Positions 13,445 to 23,814 of a DNA stretch of 64,000 nucleotides are shown piece by piece. Source of the DNA: Octopus vulgaris (Eukaryota); contig OX597820.1 in NCBI GenBank assembly GCA_951406725.2, positions 95,728,001 to 95,792,000 of the forward strand, in the 5' to 3' direction. The first letter of the stretch is position 1. Every line of letters begins with the position of its first letter. A program made the translations under genes and the position numbers. Under the pieces are notes generated by a model. That model saw only the letters and a list, made by a program, of their open reading frames with translations, was not told the origin of the DNA and ran no database searches.

Positions 13445-14068
13445 TATACCAAATACCAACAGAACGGAACAACCACCAAGAAATCCTACCACACTCTACA
13501 CCAGAAAAGTACACCTAAAACACACCCCACACTACCTACACCAACCCCAAAACACCTACAGAGGCCCACCACACCAGTTCGAAAATAGACATACCAACAG
13601 AGCAGAACAACCACCAAGAAATCCAAACACACTCTACACCAGAAAAATGCATTTAAAACGCACCCCACACTACCTACACCAACCCCAAACACTTATAGGG
13701 TCCCACCACACCATTCCACGAACCTAAGAGCCACAACATACAATACTATAAAATACAACCCACATAACCAAACCAAAACGCTACTACCAAACATCCACCC
13801 CAGGAACCAACCATACAACCATAACAAACAACAAATGCACTACGGAGGAAACAACTACCAACACAATATACCTGATGAACTAAGACGGAACACTAGGTTC
13901 AACAACAGACTCCAGAACAGAGCACCACAAACTCACTCTGACAATTATAACAACATGAGACAGATAAATAATAGCTTTGAACATAACTACACCAACCATT
14001 TTTTAGACCTTACACACAGGAACACGGACACACGATGGCAAAGGACAAACAAAAGAAACCTCAGGTAA
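13445..14068 (+). CDS. PLE upstream ORF remnant (Pro/His/Asn/Tyr-rich, ~138-bp internal tandem duplication, one 1-nt frameshift near 13688)
   Basis: ORFs 13200-13727 and 13835-14068 join into one frame if one A is restored in the second repeat unit. It overlaps the RT ORF, which lies in the -1 frame. Confidence 0.5.
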
Positions 14069-16332
14069 TTAAGATAATCAATCTCTCAAACAAAGAACTT
14101 ACACCTAACGAAATAAGCATACTCTCCAAAGGACTTAAATTTACACCCACCCCACAACGTTCTAATTACTATGAAATGAAAGATGATATTTCGGAATTTT
14201 GCAGAAAACTAAGACTCACCGAGGCATTTCAAGACAAACAAATAGAGGAGGACTCAATAGCTAGAAACAAGAGCAATTACACCCCCACCAAGGGAAAGAA
14301 TAAAGCCCTAGACCGCTATTGTGACTACATAACTAATTTCCCGTTTCAATTCATCAAGAAACAAAAACACAGCCCTAACTTCAACAAAAGAGAATGGAAC
14401 GACCTCATCAAACTAAGAGAAGACAAAACAATAACAATTAAGGAGGCAGATAAGGGCAACGCGATAGTAATAATGAATACAAACGATTATAAAAATTTAG
14501 TGCTATCCCTATTAAGAGATGAAACGTATTATGAAAGGGCCCAACAGTATAACCAGCAAAAAATAATGCATAACCTTAGGACATTAATCAACACATACCA
14601 AGAAGGACTCACGAACAAGGAGTATGAATACATCACTAACTTCAAATGCAAATCGAGTTTGTTCTATGGTATCCCTAAGGTACACAAAAGCCAAACCATC
14701 GGAGAAACGTGCAAAACATCCACCGACACACTCATCAAAATCCCTTCACCAAATGATCTTAAACTAAGACCGATAATAGCAGGGCCAGCATGTGAAACTC
14801 ACCGCCTCAGCAATTTCTTAGACACACTTCTTAAACCTTTCCTAAAACACATCAAAAGCTACGTAAGAGACGATATAGATATGCTCAACCACCTCCCTAA
14901 AACAGTCAATGAGAAAACCCTTCTAGTATCATTCGACGTAGTTAATCTTTATTCTAACATCCCTCACAACCTGGGAATAGAAGCGATCACCTTCTGGCTG
15001 AATAACTACCCCTTTGAACTCCCAACTCGCATAAACAAAGACCTTATAATAGAAGGACTTAGATTCATTTTAGAGAACAATTATTTTATTTTTGACAATG
15101 ATTTCTACAGGCAAAGATCGGGAACAGCGATGGGCACGCGTACTGCACCATCTTTTGCCAACCTAGTGATGGGATACCTCGAGAAAATACTATACCGGAT
15201 AACACTCGAGAAATATGGAAACACCTTCGCCACCTATATCCATAACAACTGGAAAAGATACCTCGATGACTGTTTCATCATCTGGGACAAAGGTATAGAG
15301 AAACTTGAGGAATTTAAAATACTATTAAATGGAATAAATGACAATATACAATTCACGATGGACCACAACGAAAAAGAATTACAATTTTTAGACATCCTCA
15401 TTAAGAAAACCGGCAACAAAATAGAGACAGATATCTACTATAAACCGACAGACTCTAAACAGTACCTACCCTTTGATTCATGCCACCCACGACACACTAG
15501 AATGAATGTCCCTTTTTGTTTAGCTAGAAGGATTTGCACCATAATATCAGACACAAACACCCGACACACACGTCTCCAGGAACTTAGAACCACACTCACA
15601 AATAGAAACTATCCACAGCCCCTAATAGACAGTGCAATCCAACGGGTACTTAAATTAAGTATAGAAGACCTGAGACAAACAAAACCAAAAAAGAAAGAAC
15701 AATTAAAAACCCTTCCCTACATCTCTACACACAACCCACTCAACAATGAGGCCTTCAACACCATACTACAAAGCACAGCCCTACTAAAGGGAGACCCAAA
15801 GATGAACCGGATCCTCGAAACACACACCATCATTAAAAGTAAACGGCAACCAAAATCCTTGAAAAGGATTTTAACCCAAGCTACACTGCACTCAACATCA
15901 ACCACAAAACCAGCAGTTAGAAAATGTGGAAGGCCCAACTGCGGAATCTGTGTCATCTTGAAAGAAGGATCAGAATTTATACTGGAACAAGGCCAGCAGT
16001 TCACCATTAGAACAAACTTCACCTGCGCATCAGAAAACTTAATTTACGTCATAACATGCGCAGGCTGCAATAGGCAGTATATAGGCCATACAAAAAATAG
16101 CTTACGTAACAGGATGGCGGTGCATAAATCACAAATTAGAAACCCTGATTACCGCAAAATACCGGTCAGCGGACACATAGATAGATGTGCTGGAAATGTA
16201 AATCCGAAATTTACAACTAACCCGCTCTATAAATTCAGTGACAACGCAACCTTCACACAACGCCAAAATAAAGAACTATATTTCATAAAAAAATTTAGAC
16301 CAAGTTTAAACACCCTGGGCCAGGAATACTAA
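14035..16332 (+). CDS. PLE reverse transcriptase + GIY-YIG endonuclease (765 aa)
   Basis: Motifs LSKGLKF.P, ADKG, FYGIPKVHK, RPII, FDVVNLYSNI, GTAMG, RYLDD, FLD, CGRPNCGIC and NLIYVITC..C..QYIG.T...R..H. The C-x4-C-x2-C knuckle before GIY-YIG is typical of the Neptune clade. Confidence 0.95.
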   Translation: MAKDKQKKPQVIKIINLSNKELTPNEISILSKGLKFTPTPQRSNYYEMKDDISEFCRKLRLTEAFQDKQIEEDSIARNKSNYTPTKGKNKALDRYCDYITNFPFQFIKKQKHSPNFNKREWNDLIKLREDKTITIKEADKGNAIVIMNTNDYKNLVLSLLRDETYYERAQQYNQQKIMHNLRTLINTYQEGLTNKEYEYITNFKCKSSLFYGIPKVHKSQTIGETCKTSTDTLIKIPSPNDLKLRPIIAGPACETHRLSNFLDTLLKPFLKHIKSYVRDDIDMLNHLPKTVNEKTLLVSFDVVNLYSNIPHNLGIEAITFWLNNYPFELPTRINKDLIIEGLRFILENNYFIFDNDFYRQRSGTAMGTRTAPSFANLVMGYLEKILYRITLEKYGNTFATYIHNNWKRYLDDCFIIWDKGIEKLEEFKILLNGINDNIQFTMDHNEKELQFLDILIKKTGNKIETDIYYKPTDSKQYLPFDSCHPRHTRMNVPFCLARRICTIISDTNTRHTRLQELRTTLTNRNYPQPLIDSAIQRVLKLSIEDLRQTKPKKKEQLKTLPYISTHNPLNNEAFNTILQSTALLKGDPKMNRILETHTIIKSKRQPKSLKRILTQATLHSTSTTKPAVRKCGRPNCGICVILKEGSEFILEQGQQFTIRTNFTCASENLIYVITCAGCNRQYIGHTKNSLRNRMAVHKSQIRNPDYRKIPVSGHIDRCAGNVNPKFTTNPLYKFSDNATFTQRQNKELYFIKKFRPSLNTLGQEY

Positions 16333-16500
16333 AACAAAAGATAAGTCCTCCGAAAAGGAGAAGCAAAATTCCACCACGGCCGCTACCTTAAACAGACACT
16401 CGCTCTGACGGAAATATGCCTTAGTAAAAAAGGAAAAAAATTCTTTCGTGCAAATCTGACCCTGATACATACGATACAGCTAAGGGTCAGACCCGATTCT

Positions 16501-16944
16501 GATTGGTCAACAAGTTGATGACGTCTAGTTCTGCTAGAATGGACAGAATACAAACAGGGGACAGTCATTAGTCAGAATATTGATGACGTCCTTTTCTGCT
16601 TGACTAGTCACCTAACAAGTACAGACAGGGGGCAGATCTAATGTAGCTATAAGTCGTGATTGGGCAGAATCTGGATGACGTCCCGTTCTGCTTGACTAAC
16701 GAAGCGGCTGGTCAAAACAGGAAACAGACAAGAGGCAGTTATAATGCAGCGATTGGTCAAAATGATGATGACGTCCCGTTCTGCTTGACTAAAGCCACCT
16801 AACGAAACGATTGGTCAAAACATTGATGACGTCACGCTACGCTGGACTGACCACCTAACAGGCATTATAAAACCGAGCACTTCACAAGACTCACTAGAAC
16901 CACCCAGCGAACACCCACCATGGGTCATCACAATTGCTTAAGGT
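16501..16944 (+). promoter_or_regulatory. PLE pseudo-LTR promoter: 5x (CCAAT-box + CRE) modules, TATA, Inr, Kozak ATG, 5' splice site
   Basis: GATTGG (once CATTAG) at 16501/16566/16658/16751/16809, each followed 15 nt later by (T/G)GATGACGTC. TATAAAA 16866-72, TCACT 16891-95, CCACCATGG 16915-23, AG|GTAAAA 16941-48. Confidence 0.7.
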
Positions 16945-17193
16945 AAAAATGAATTCCTCGCTCTTTCGGAAACATCAATCTTCTGTATTGACTGCTTTCC
17001 ACCACTTTGATCTGTTTTTTGTATTGAATACGTATCGCCACCGTGGGCCACTGCATCGAACACTTTGAACATATAGCATGAATGAACTTACTTCAAACTA
17101 TATATCAACTATACATGAACTCTAAGATGTCTGACTCCGTTGTGTATTATAAATGAATTTCTTGTGTTTGACGGCATGAGCTGTCTTTTTTTA

Positions 17194-17252
17194 TATATAA
17201 CTTTTTTTGATAAGGTTCATTTCAGGAACTGAAACATGTTATAATGTATATA
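17194..17252 (+). ncRNA. Minimal type-I hammerhead ribozyme candidate (U3:A8 variant)
   Basis: TTGATAA 17207-13, stem II GGTTC/GAACT, GAAA 17231-34, palindromic stem III AACATGTT, GUU triplet. Stem I is imperfect. Confidence 0.55.
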
Positions 17253-17302
17253 TAAAAATTAAAAATTGTATAATATAGCAGCATTTTCGAACTTCATTTT
17301 TT

Positions 17303-17372
<70 letters not shown>

Positions 17373-18684
17373 CTAGCAGCATAGCCCAGCGTTGCCCGGT
17401 TATGTAAGAAACTTTGTCGATAAGCAATGCCCTTTACCTTTTTACCCTTTTTTGTACTCATTGAACTGTTATTTTGTAAAATGAAGCCTAAAAGGCATTA
17501 AAGCATTCAAGGCACCGTTCCCTTGCACGCATGAGGAAAATCTATGACAGTCAAACTGCATTTTCTGGTTTTGTTTAGCACATCCAACCCAGTTCTGCGG
17601 GATCAGTGTCACGACGGGAACGCATGGGTTGGGAGTTTGACAGGCAGAGGTGATGAGGTTGCACATGCCGGTCCTTTTGACACCGCCCCCCGAACCCAAG
17701 TTGGGTTCGGACCACAGCTAAGCCCTACCTAATCCTAACTTAAGTCTAGCGAAAGGGGGCTCGGAGCCTCTAGTAGGCAACGACTAATCCCGATCTAGTT
17801 CTTTCCCTCTAGGGAACGAAGGCGCATGTGTAGGTTGCAACGTCTTCTCTTCACTCCAATACTTCTGTGTATACGACGTTCCTACCTGAAGCGGCAAAAA
17901 TCGACTAAATCGCCTGAAATCCGCGAACTAATTAACAAAAGTCAGTTTTGTAGGGTTCGCATGGTCGGTCTCAATGTGATATGGTTTTGTCGATTTCTCC
18001 CAAAACTTGCTAACTGCATTGACAAAAGGTCGTTAGTTTGACATTTAATGCAAACTTGATGTCCAGCATCGGTGTAGGGAAAATCTATGTGAACTTTCAA
18101 AAATTATCGCAGAAAAATCGGTTTGCTATGTGTGCCACATATGATGTAATTAACCGATGTTTTCCAGTAATAACGTATCCTATTGGAATCAAAAGGGCCA
18201 TATAGCTCCTTGGAGCAGACATGATGCTCGCTGTGAATTTCAAAAAAAATTCCTGCCAATTTGTTAAAGATATTGTCGAAAATATGTCATCTTGAATTTG
18301 CATGCGATTTCCCAAAATGGCATGATTTTATCGATTTTTTCTGATGGTAAGGTATTGCATGGAAAATTAACGTCAGAATTAAGTTCCTTAGGGTAACAGT
18401 GAGCTTCACCATGAGTTTGGTGAAAATCAATTGCAAGTTGCTAAAACTACAACGGAAAATGTGTTGCATATGATAAGCTTAGATTATGGAACCCATGTCG
18501 AATTTATCGATTTTTTTCAGAACTGGGAGAACTTTTCAGAATTTTCGCTTCGTTAGTTTTGAATTATGACATTGGGCTATGTGTGTGTCAAGTGTCATCA
18601 GAATCGGTTGAAAGCCGTGGTCAGGGTGAGGGTACAACCTGACAAACACACAGACATATAAACTGCCTTTTATGTATATAGAGA
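17373..18684 (-). mobile_element. Non-autonomous Helitron
   Basis: Minus strand has 5'-TC...CTAG-3' termini inserted between A and T, a GC hairpin (CCGGGCAACGCTGGG) just before the CTAG, and a (GACA)-like microsatellite near the 5' end. Confidence 0.75.
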
Positions 18685-19430
18685 TGAAAGTGGAAGCACT
18701 TCAGAGGTCAATAACAAGGAAGTTAGACGGCATGAGAGGCATTGACTATCGAGGTCGACTAAAAGAACTCAGTCTCTACTCACTCCAACACCACCGGATA
18801 TTATATATATATATAATAACTTTGATAACTTTGATAGGTTTCGGTCAGTATAGGCCAGTCCATGTCTAACTTAATAGCACCACCTGGTGTAGTTTTTTAG
18901 TCATATATGGGGCACCATGGCCCACTATAGCAAAGAGTTACTATTGTTGGTGACATATCTGGGTGTAGGAGGTTGTTCAGGTATTACTGAAGAAATTTGT
19001 GCGATGAACTCTTGAATTTTATGGGATCCGTTTCTGTTTTGAAGTATTTTCGTATGGATTTAAAGACAGCTGGACCGGTTGAAGTAATGTAATTGTGACG
19101 AAATGTTGCTATGTGTCTTGAGTTCGATTTTTGTAATGGGCGGATAGCACGCGGCCAAGTCTTGGATGGATTTTAAAATTAATGTCAACATAATTTGTGC
19201 AATATTGATGGAATATTTTCCACACCATACAAATGATATAGCGCTCCCGGCAGTGTTGGAGAGAGTAGTAATTGAGTGTTTTTCGTTGATGCCCAATAGT
19301 CAATGCCTCTCATTCCGTATGTCTTTCTTGTTATTAACCTCTGAAGTGCTTCTACTTTCATAATGAGTTACTTCGTATGGGGAGACCACAGTAGGCAACA
19401 GTATTCGAGGTGGGGCGGGCAAAAGTATGT
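18685..19430. mobile_element. Older CR1-clade LINE 3' fragments (+ strand 18685-18800; - strand 18815-19430)
   Basis: KVEALQRSITRKLDGM..DY.GRLKEL.LYSLQ on the + strand. On the - strand YSLQHCRERYIICMVWKIFHQYC, plus a 3' UTR and (TATCAAAGT)n tail related to the young LINE. Confidence 0.8.
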
Positions 19431-20949
19431 TTGACATGTATACATACATATTGAAACACAACTAAAATATGTCTGAAATCTAATTCAGTGATAAAGAGAG
19501 AAAAACGAGTCAAGAATATATTTGAATCCCGCGGCTAAAATAGAATTATTATAACATTGTGTATTGTTCTATTATAACAATAGCATATGTAAAGTAAAAA
19601 TAATTAAAAAAAACAAAAACTAAAACTTTCTGCGGGAACATCTCTAAAGACAATAGAGTGGAAGAAGTTTCATTAACAATAGAAATCAATCATCTAGATA
19701 AAGCATATGAAACAAAAGTATACAATACGATAAAAGGAAGGTACGAATAGAGAGAATGAAAAGAAACATACATCAGTATGAGGATTTCAGCCTAGCTGCT
19801 GAATAATTTATTCAGACAATCAACAAGACAGCTTACATCTGAAATTTTCTCGGCATTGGTCGGCTTTCTGATTTATGATTAAAGTACTTAACCTGTATGT
19901 ATGAAGAGACATTCTTGAGACATTCAATGAATGTCTCAGGTACTTAACCTCTATCTATAAAGAGATTTTCGTGAGACATTCAATGAATGTCTCACCACCA
20001 ACATCGGAATTGTAATGATGTTGATATAAATATATGGGAACAATGTACTGGCATCTACTCTGATAGAATAGAAAGTAAATTAATTAAACCTAAAATTAAG
20101 TTAGATTTATAGAAAGAAGGAAGAAATGAGAAAGAAACCATTCATAAAAGCACTATGGATTTGGTTAAAGTGAGGCGGTATAACATGGCTGCGCAAAAAT
20201 AAACGATTAAAACAAGTCTTATGAAAGATACAAATAAACCGAAGAACCATACTATTAAACGTTGGGTGTGTGGGTCAATGATATCGAGTCTAAGAGTTCT
20301 GAGAGATGAGACATAAAAGCATAAAATAAAATAACATTATAAAGGGAAAAGATAACCAGCAAGGTTATGTCGTTTGAAACTATTATTGTAAATGGAAGTT
20401 GTAAGGTTTTGTGAACTTTTTTAACACGTTGATCATACTAGAGGAAAAAGTAAATAAACGACTTTAGTCACTGGCATAATTAAAAGAAATAATAGATTTT
20501 AATAAACCCTGTCCAAACAAGGTTGACGCCAAATAAATAGAAATTATTAACAACTATATAAACGTGAGCAGAATATTGAGAAAAACACCAGGAAAAGTGA
20601 GTAAAAGAGTAGGCGTTTCTTGCTGTTCTTGACGTTGTTATTGCTGTTGGTATTGTGTTATTATTGCAAATTTGCGACAAAACATCAGAAAAAGAAAGAT
20701 AACACTAGTCAGCAAAATTAAATGTATTATATGCATTATGAATGCAAACCAACTTTTTTAGACTAATTTTTCATGCTGTTTATAAAATGTCACTCCATTT
20801 GATTGCAACACGTATCAGTTTTTTAGTAGATACATGCAAATATTTACATATTTGTATATATGAAATCATTAACGTAATAAATAAGAACATATTATTTTTT
20901 TGAAAGTAAATGAGTTTATTGAGTTAAAAATCATCACTAACATTCTACA

Positions 20950-22385
20950 CAGAGTGAATATACAAAACAAAATGGGTCAAACAAAATAGACAAAGTTAGA
21001 AACTTGGATTTCCTGTGGAGTTCCTAATCTGGTTGATCACTGTAAAGTGTCCAGCAGTATTCAGCCAGCATACTGTCATTCCAGAAGCCTTGGTACCGTT
21101 TCTCCATAGCACTAATGTCCTGGTGAAATCTTTCACCATGTTCATCAAAAACTGATCCAAGGTTATCTGCGACGAAATCCAGATGGGAGTCCAAGTGAAC
21201 TTTCGGTGACATGCAACAACACATTGCTGAGTAACATTTCAGAGCGTTCTTGCTGCCATCCTTGTAGTCCATTCTAACAGATCTAATTGAAATCATTCCA
21301 AGCAAGCAGTTCCAGTTCATCCAGTGTTATCTTGAAATTGACATCTTTGAGTATTTCTCTAATTTGGGGTCCAACAAAGATACCGTCTTTCAACGTCGCC
21401 TGTGATTTTGGGAAACTTTTCTACAATACACGCAACCCTCTGGCATTTCTCTTCCCTAGCGTCTTTACAAGCTGTTTCATCAGTCTAAACTTTATGTGCA
21501 AAAGATGCAATAGGACATTATATGGATGTACAAGAGGTGTATTCTTAACAGTAGACAGTCCTTGCAGGTATAACTTTCTTGTCTGCCAGTTTGATTCCGA
21601 ATAATGTCTGTCAGTTGCCCGACTATCCTAAAGACACAAGCAATAACACTATTTTGTGAAACCTGACTGCATTTCCATTAACATTCCAATGACTGTTATA
21701 TCACCACATATTTTCCTTGTGTATCTTTTATAGACAACGGCATGAAGTAAAAGTTCCATATTCTCATATAATTCATGAAGATGAACGGAGTATGCTATGG
21801 GAATGGAGGACTTCAAATTACCATTATGGAGAAGTAAAGGTTTTAAACTTCATTTTGAAGAATCAATAAACAAACGCCACTCTGCAGGATCATCATTTTG
21901 TGATAAACATTCGAAAGGTCTATAGAAATTACTGCAAAAGCAAAGCGGGCCTTCAACAGAAAAACACGTTTGTAGAACCACATTTCTATGCCGAAAATAA
22001 GTTATACGAACATCGTGCTCTAGCAGATATTTCTCCTTCGGTCTTGATGCCAACAGTTCTGCTTTATCGTTTGAGAAGGGTAGTTCTCTGACAAAGTCAT
22101 TCAGTTGGGGAAATTTCTGAGGTTCAAAGTTATCATCATCATCAGCCCATCTAATGTTTCAATACCATCATCTGGTGGAACTGGAATTGGCAGTTTGTGA
22201 AGCAAAGGTCTCATTGCGGACTCCAAATTGGGATACACAATTTTGCGTTTATTCTTCAAAGAAAATCCTGTGTCATTTACTTTGCAAAAATAACAGTCAT
22301 TAAAATGGTCTTTCGGCTCCCTCCATATCACTGGAATGGCAAAAGGCATGGAATTCTTATTGAAGCAGCCACGTAAGCCATTTCA
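20950..22385 (-). mobile_element. Degenerate DNA transposon, Chapaev3-like transposase
   Basis: MPFAIP.IWREPKDH..DCYFC, WRLFIDSSK, GIFVGPQIR and HLDF..DNLG.V.DEHGERFHQDI..ME.RYQG.W...MLA.YCW in broken frames. The superfamily assignment is from motif recall. Confidence 0.7.
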
Positions 22386-22404
22386 GCAAGCTGAGCAGAT
22401 AAAA

Positions 22405-22560
22405 TGTGATACCCAATAAGGGCGGAACACTTGCAGAAAACAGCACTACTAGGAACAGCTCGAATACTCCGGAAGGTGCTCGAAAAATAATGACTTAGTT
22501 CACTGGTAGTGAACAGCTTACAGCGTAGTATATCTCCAGCGTTAGAAGCTGTGGAAAGGC
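22405..22560 (+). mobile_element. 3' end of a Dong/R4-clade RLE LINE
   Basis: EHLQKTALLGTARILRKVLEK* followed by a short UTR and (TAA)n. Confidence 0.65.
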
Positions 22561-22595
22561 AATAATAAAAATAATAATAATAATAATAACTAATG

Positions 22596-22626
<31 letters not shown>

Positions 22627-22643
22627 CAACAACAACAATAATA

Positions 22644-23098
22644 ACAGCAAATATTCTGCTCAATATCCACAGATTTTCTTTTCAGTTGTCTGACCTTAAC
22701 CAGTTGACCATGTCCCTTAGTGGCTGACGATATGTGCATCTCTGATCACGAGCAGAAGTAGTGGGGGAACAGCATAGCCGTGTGTTGCAAGGGATTCTTG
22801 GAGGTTTGCATAATTCACCTTTGGAAACATTGGTGGTTCGCTCAACATCCTTAAACAATCTTTATTCAGGGACCTTTTGAGCTGGATGGGTTACTTGACC
22901 AGAAGAAAATTCTAACTGGATCCCACCTGCAAGGTCATGTGCTGTTTATCTTGATATGAGATCACCATGTCGCGCACATATGGCTGTAATGCATGTGCCT
23001 GGTGTACCCTTATCAGACAGGTAGTCATGATGGGTATACTAGGCTTCGTATAGATTACCCCAGTGTCACTTTGATGGTATGCACTACTCTGTCACTCA
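22644..23098. mobile_element. Non-coding (TAA)n-associated interspersed repeat (truncated copy)
   Basis: Colinear with 25500-25951 and flanked by (TAA)n. Confidence 0.75.
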
Positions 23099-23112
23099 AT
23101 AATAATAATAAT

Positions 23113-23701
23113 CCTTCTAGTATAGGCACAAGGCTTGAAATTTTGGGGAGGGGATAGTGAATTACATTGACGGCAGTACTCAACTAGTACTTGATTTATC
23201 GACCCTGACAGGATGAAAGGCAAAGTCGACCTCGGCAAAATCTGAACTCAGAACGTAGCGATAGGCGAAATACCGCTAAGTATTTTGCCCGGCAAGCTAA
23301 CAGTTCTACCGGCTTGATGCCATAATAATTATAATAATAACGGTTTAAAATTTTTCTAAAAGGGCAGCCATTTTGAGGGAGAGGTTTAGTTGATTACATA
23401 GACCTCCAGTGATCAACTGGTACTTATTTTATCGACCCGAAAGGATGAAAGGCAAAGTTGACCTCGGCGGAATATGAAGTTAGAATGTATTGACGGTGAA
23501 ATACCATTAAGCATTTTATACGGCGTGCTAACGATTCTGCCAGCATGCCGCCTAAATAATAATAATAATGGTTTTAAAAGCTGACACAAGAGCGGCTACT
23601 TTGAGGGGGGGATTAAGTCGATTACATTGACCCCAGTGTTTCACCGGTACTTAATTTATCAACTTAGAAAGGGGTGCTAACGGTTCTGCCAGCTCGCCGC
23701 C

Positions 23702-23703
<2 letters not shown>
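23113..23703 (-). mobile_element. Three stacked tRNA-like SINEs with a conserved central domain, separated by short (TAA)n
   Basis: Units at ~23113-23322, 23340-23553 and 23568-23703. Minus strand reads GGCGGCGAGCTGGCAGAA.. head, GAGTTCA(A/G)ATT B box and CTTTGCCTTTCATCCTTTCGGGGTCGATAAA central block (resembles the Meta/Nin-type domain). Degenerate copies near 27290 and 35300. Confidence 0.75.
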
Positions 23704-23761
<58 letters not shown>

Positions 23762-23814
23762 GTAATAATAATAATAATGTGGTAAATGTGACCCACTTTG
23801 TAAGTGATAATAAT

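Larger units (their letters stand above)
13445..17287 (+). mobile_element. Penelope-like element, Neptune-type (5'-truncated, RT ORF intact)
   Basis: Upstream low-complexity ORF, intact RT+GIY-YIG ORF, then ~1-kb 3' region with promoter array and hammerhead motif. Flanked by (TA)n. Confidence 0.9.

Noticed and set aside
16501-16834. CRISPR-like repeat-spacer appearance
   Set aside because: The context is a eukaryotic TE with no cas genes, and the units are degenerate and irregular. It is better explained as a transcription-factor site array.
17718-17740. Telomerase RNA template (CCCTACCTAATCCTAAC)
   Set aside because: It is not a perfect 1.5x CCCTAA template, and it lies within a Helitron. 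Kept only as part of the structured-island finding.
19470-20440. Possible ancient LINE coding relic (also 52400-53050 and a PLE-like piece at 31150-31360)
   Set aside because: Purine skew and faint motifs only; too decayed to assign a family.
22715-22785. Possible hammerhead (CTGACGA...GAAG) in the 560-bp TAA element (also ~25575)
   Set aside because: GAAA is replaced by GAAG in both copies, and no stem III/NUH/stem I arrangement could be built.
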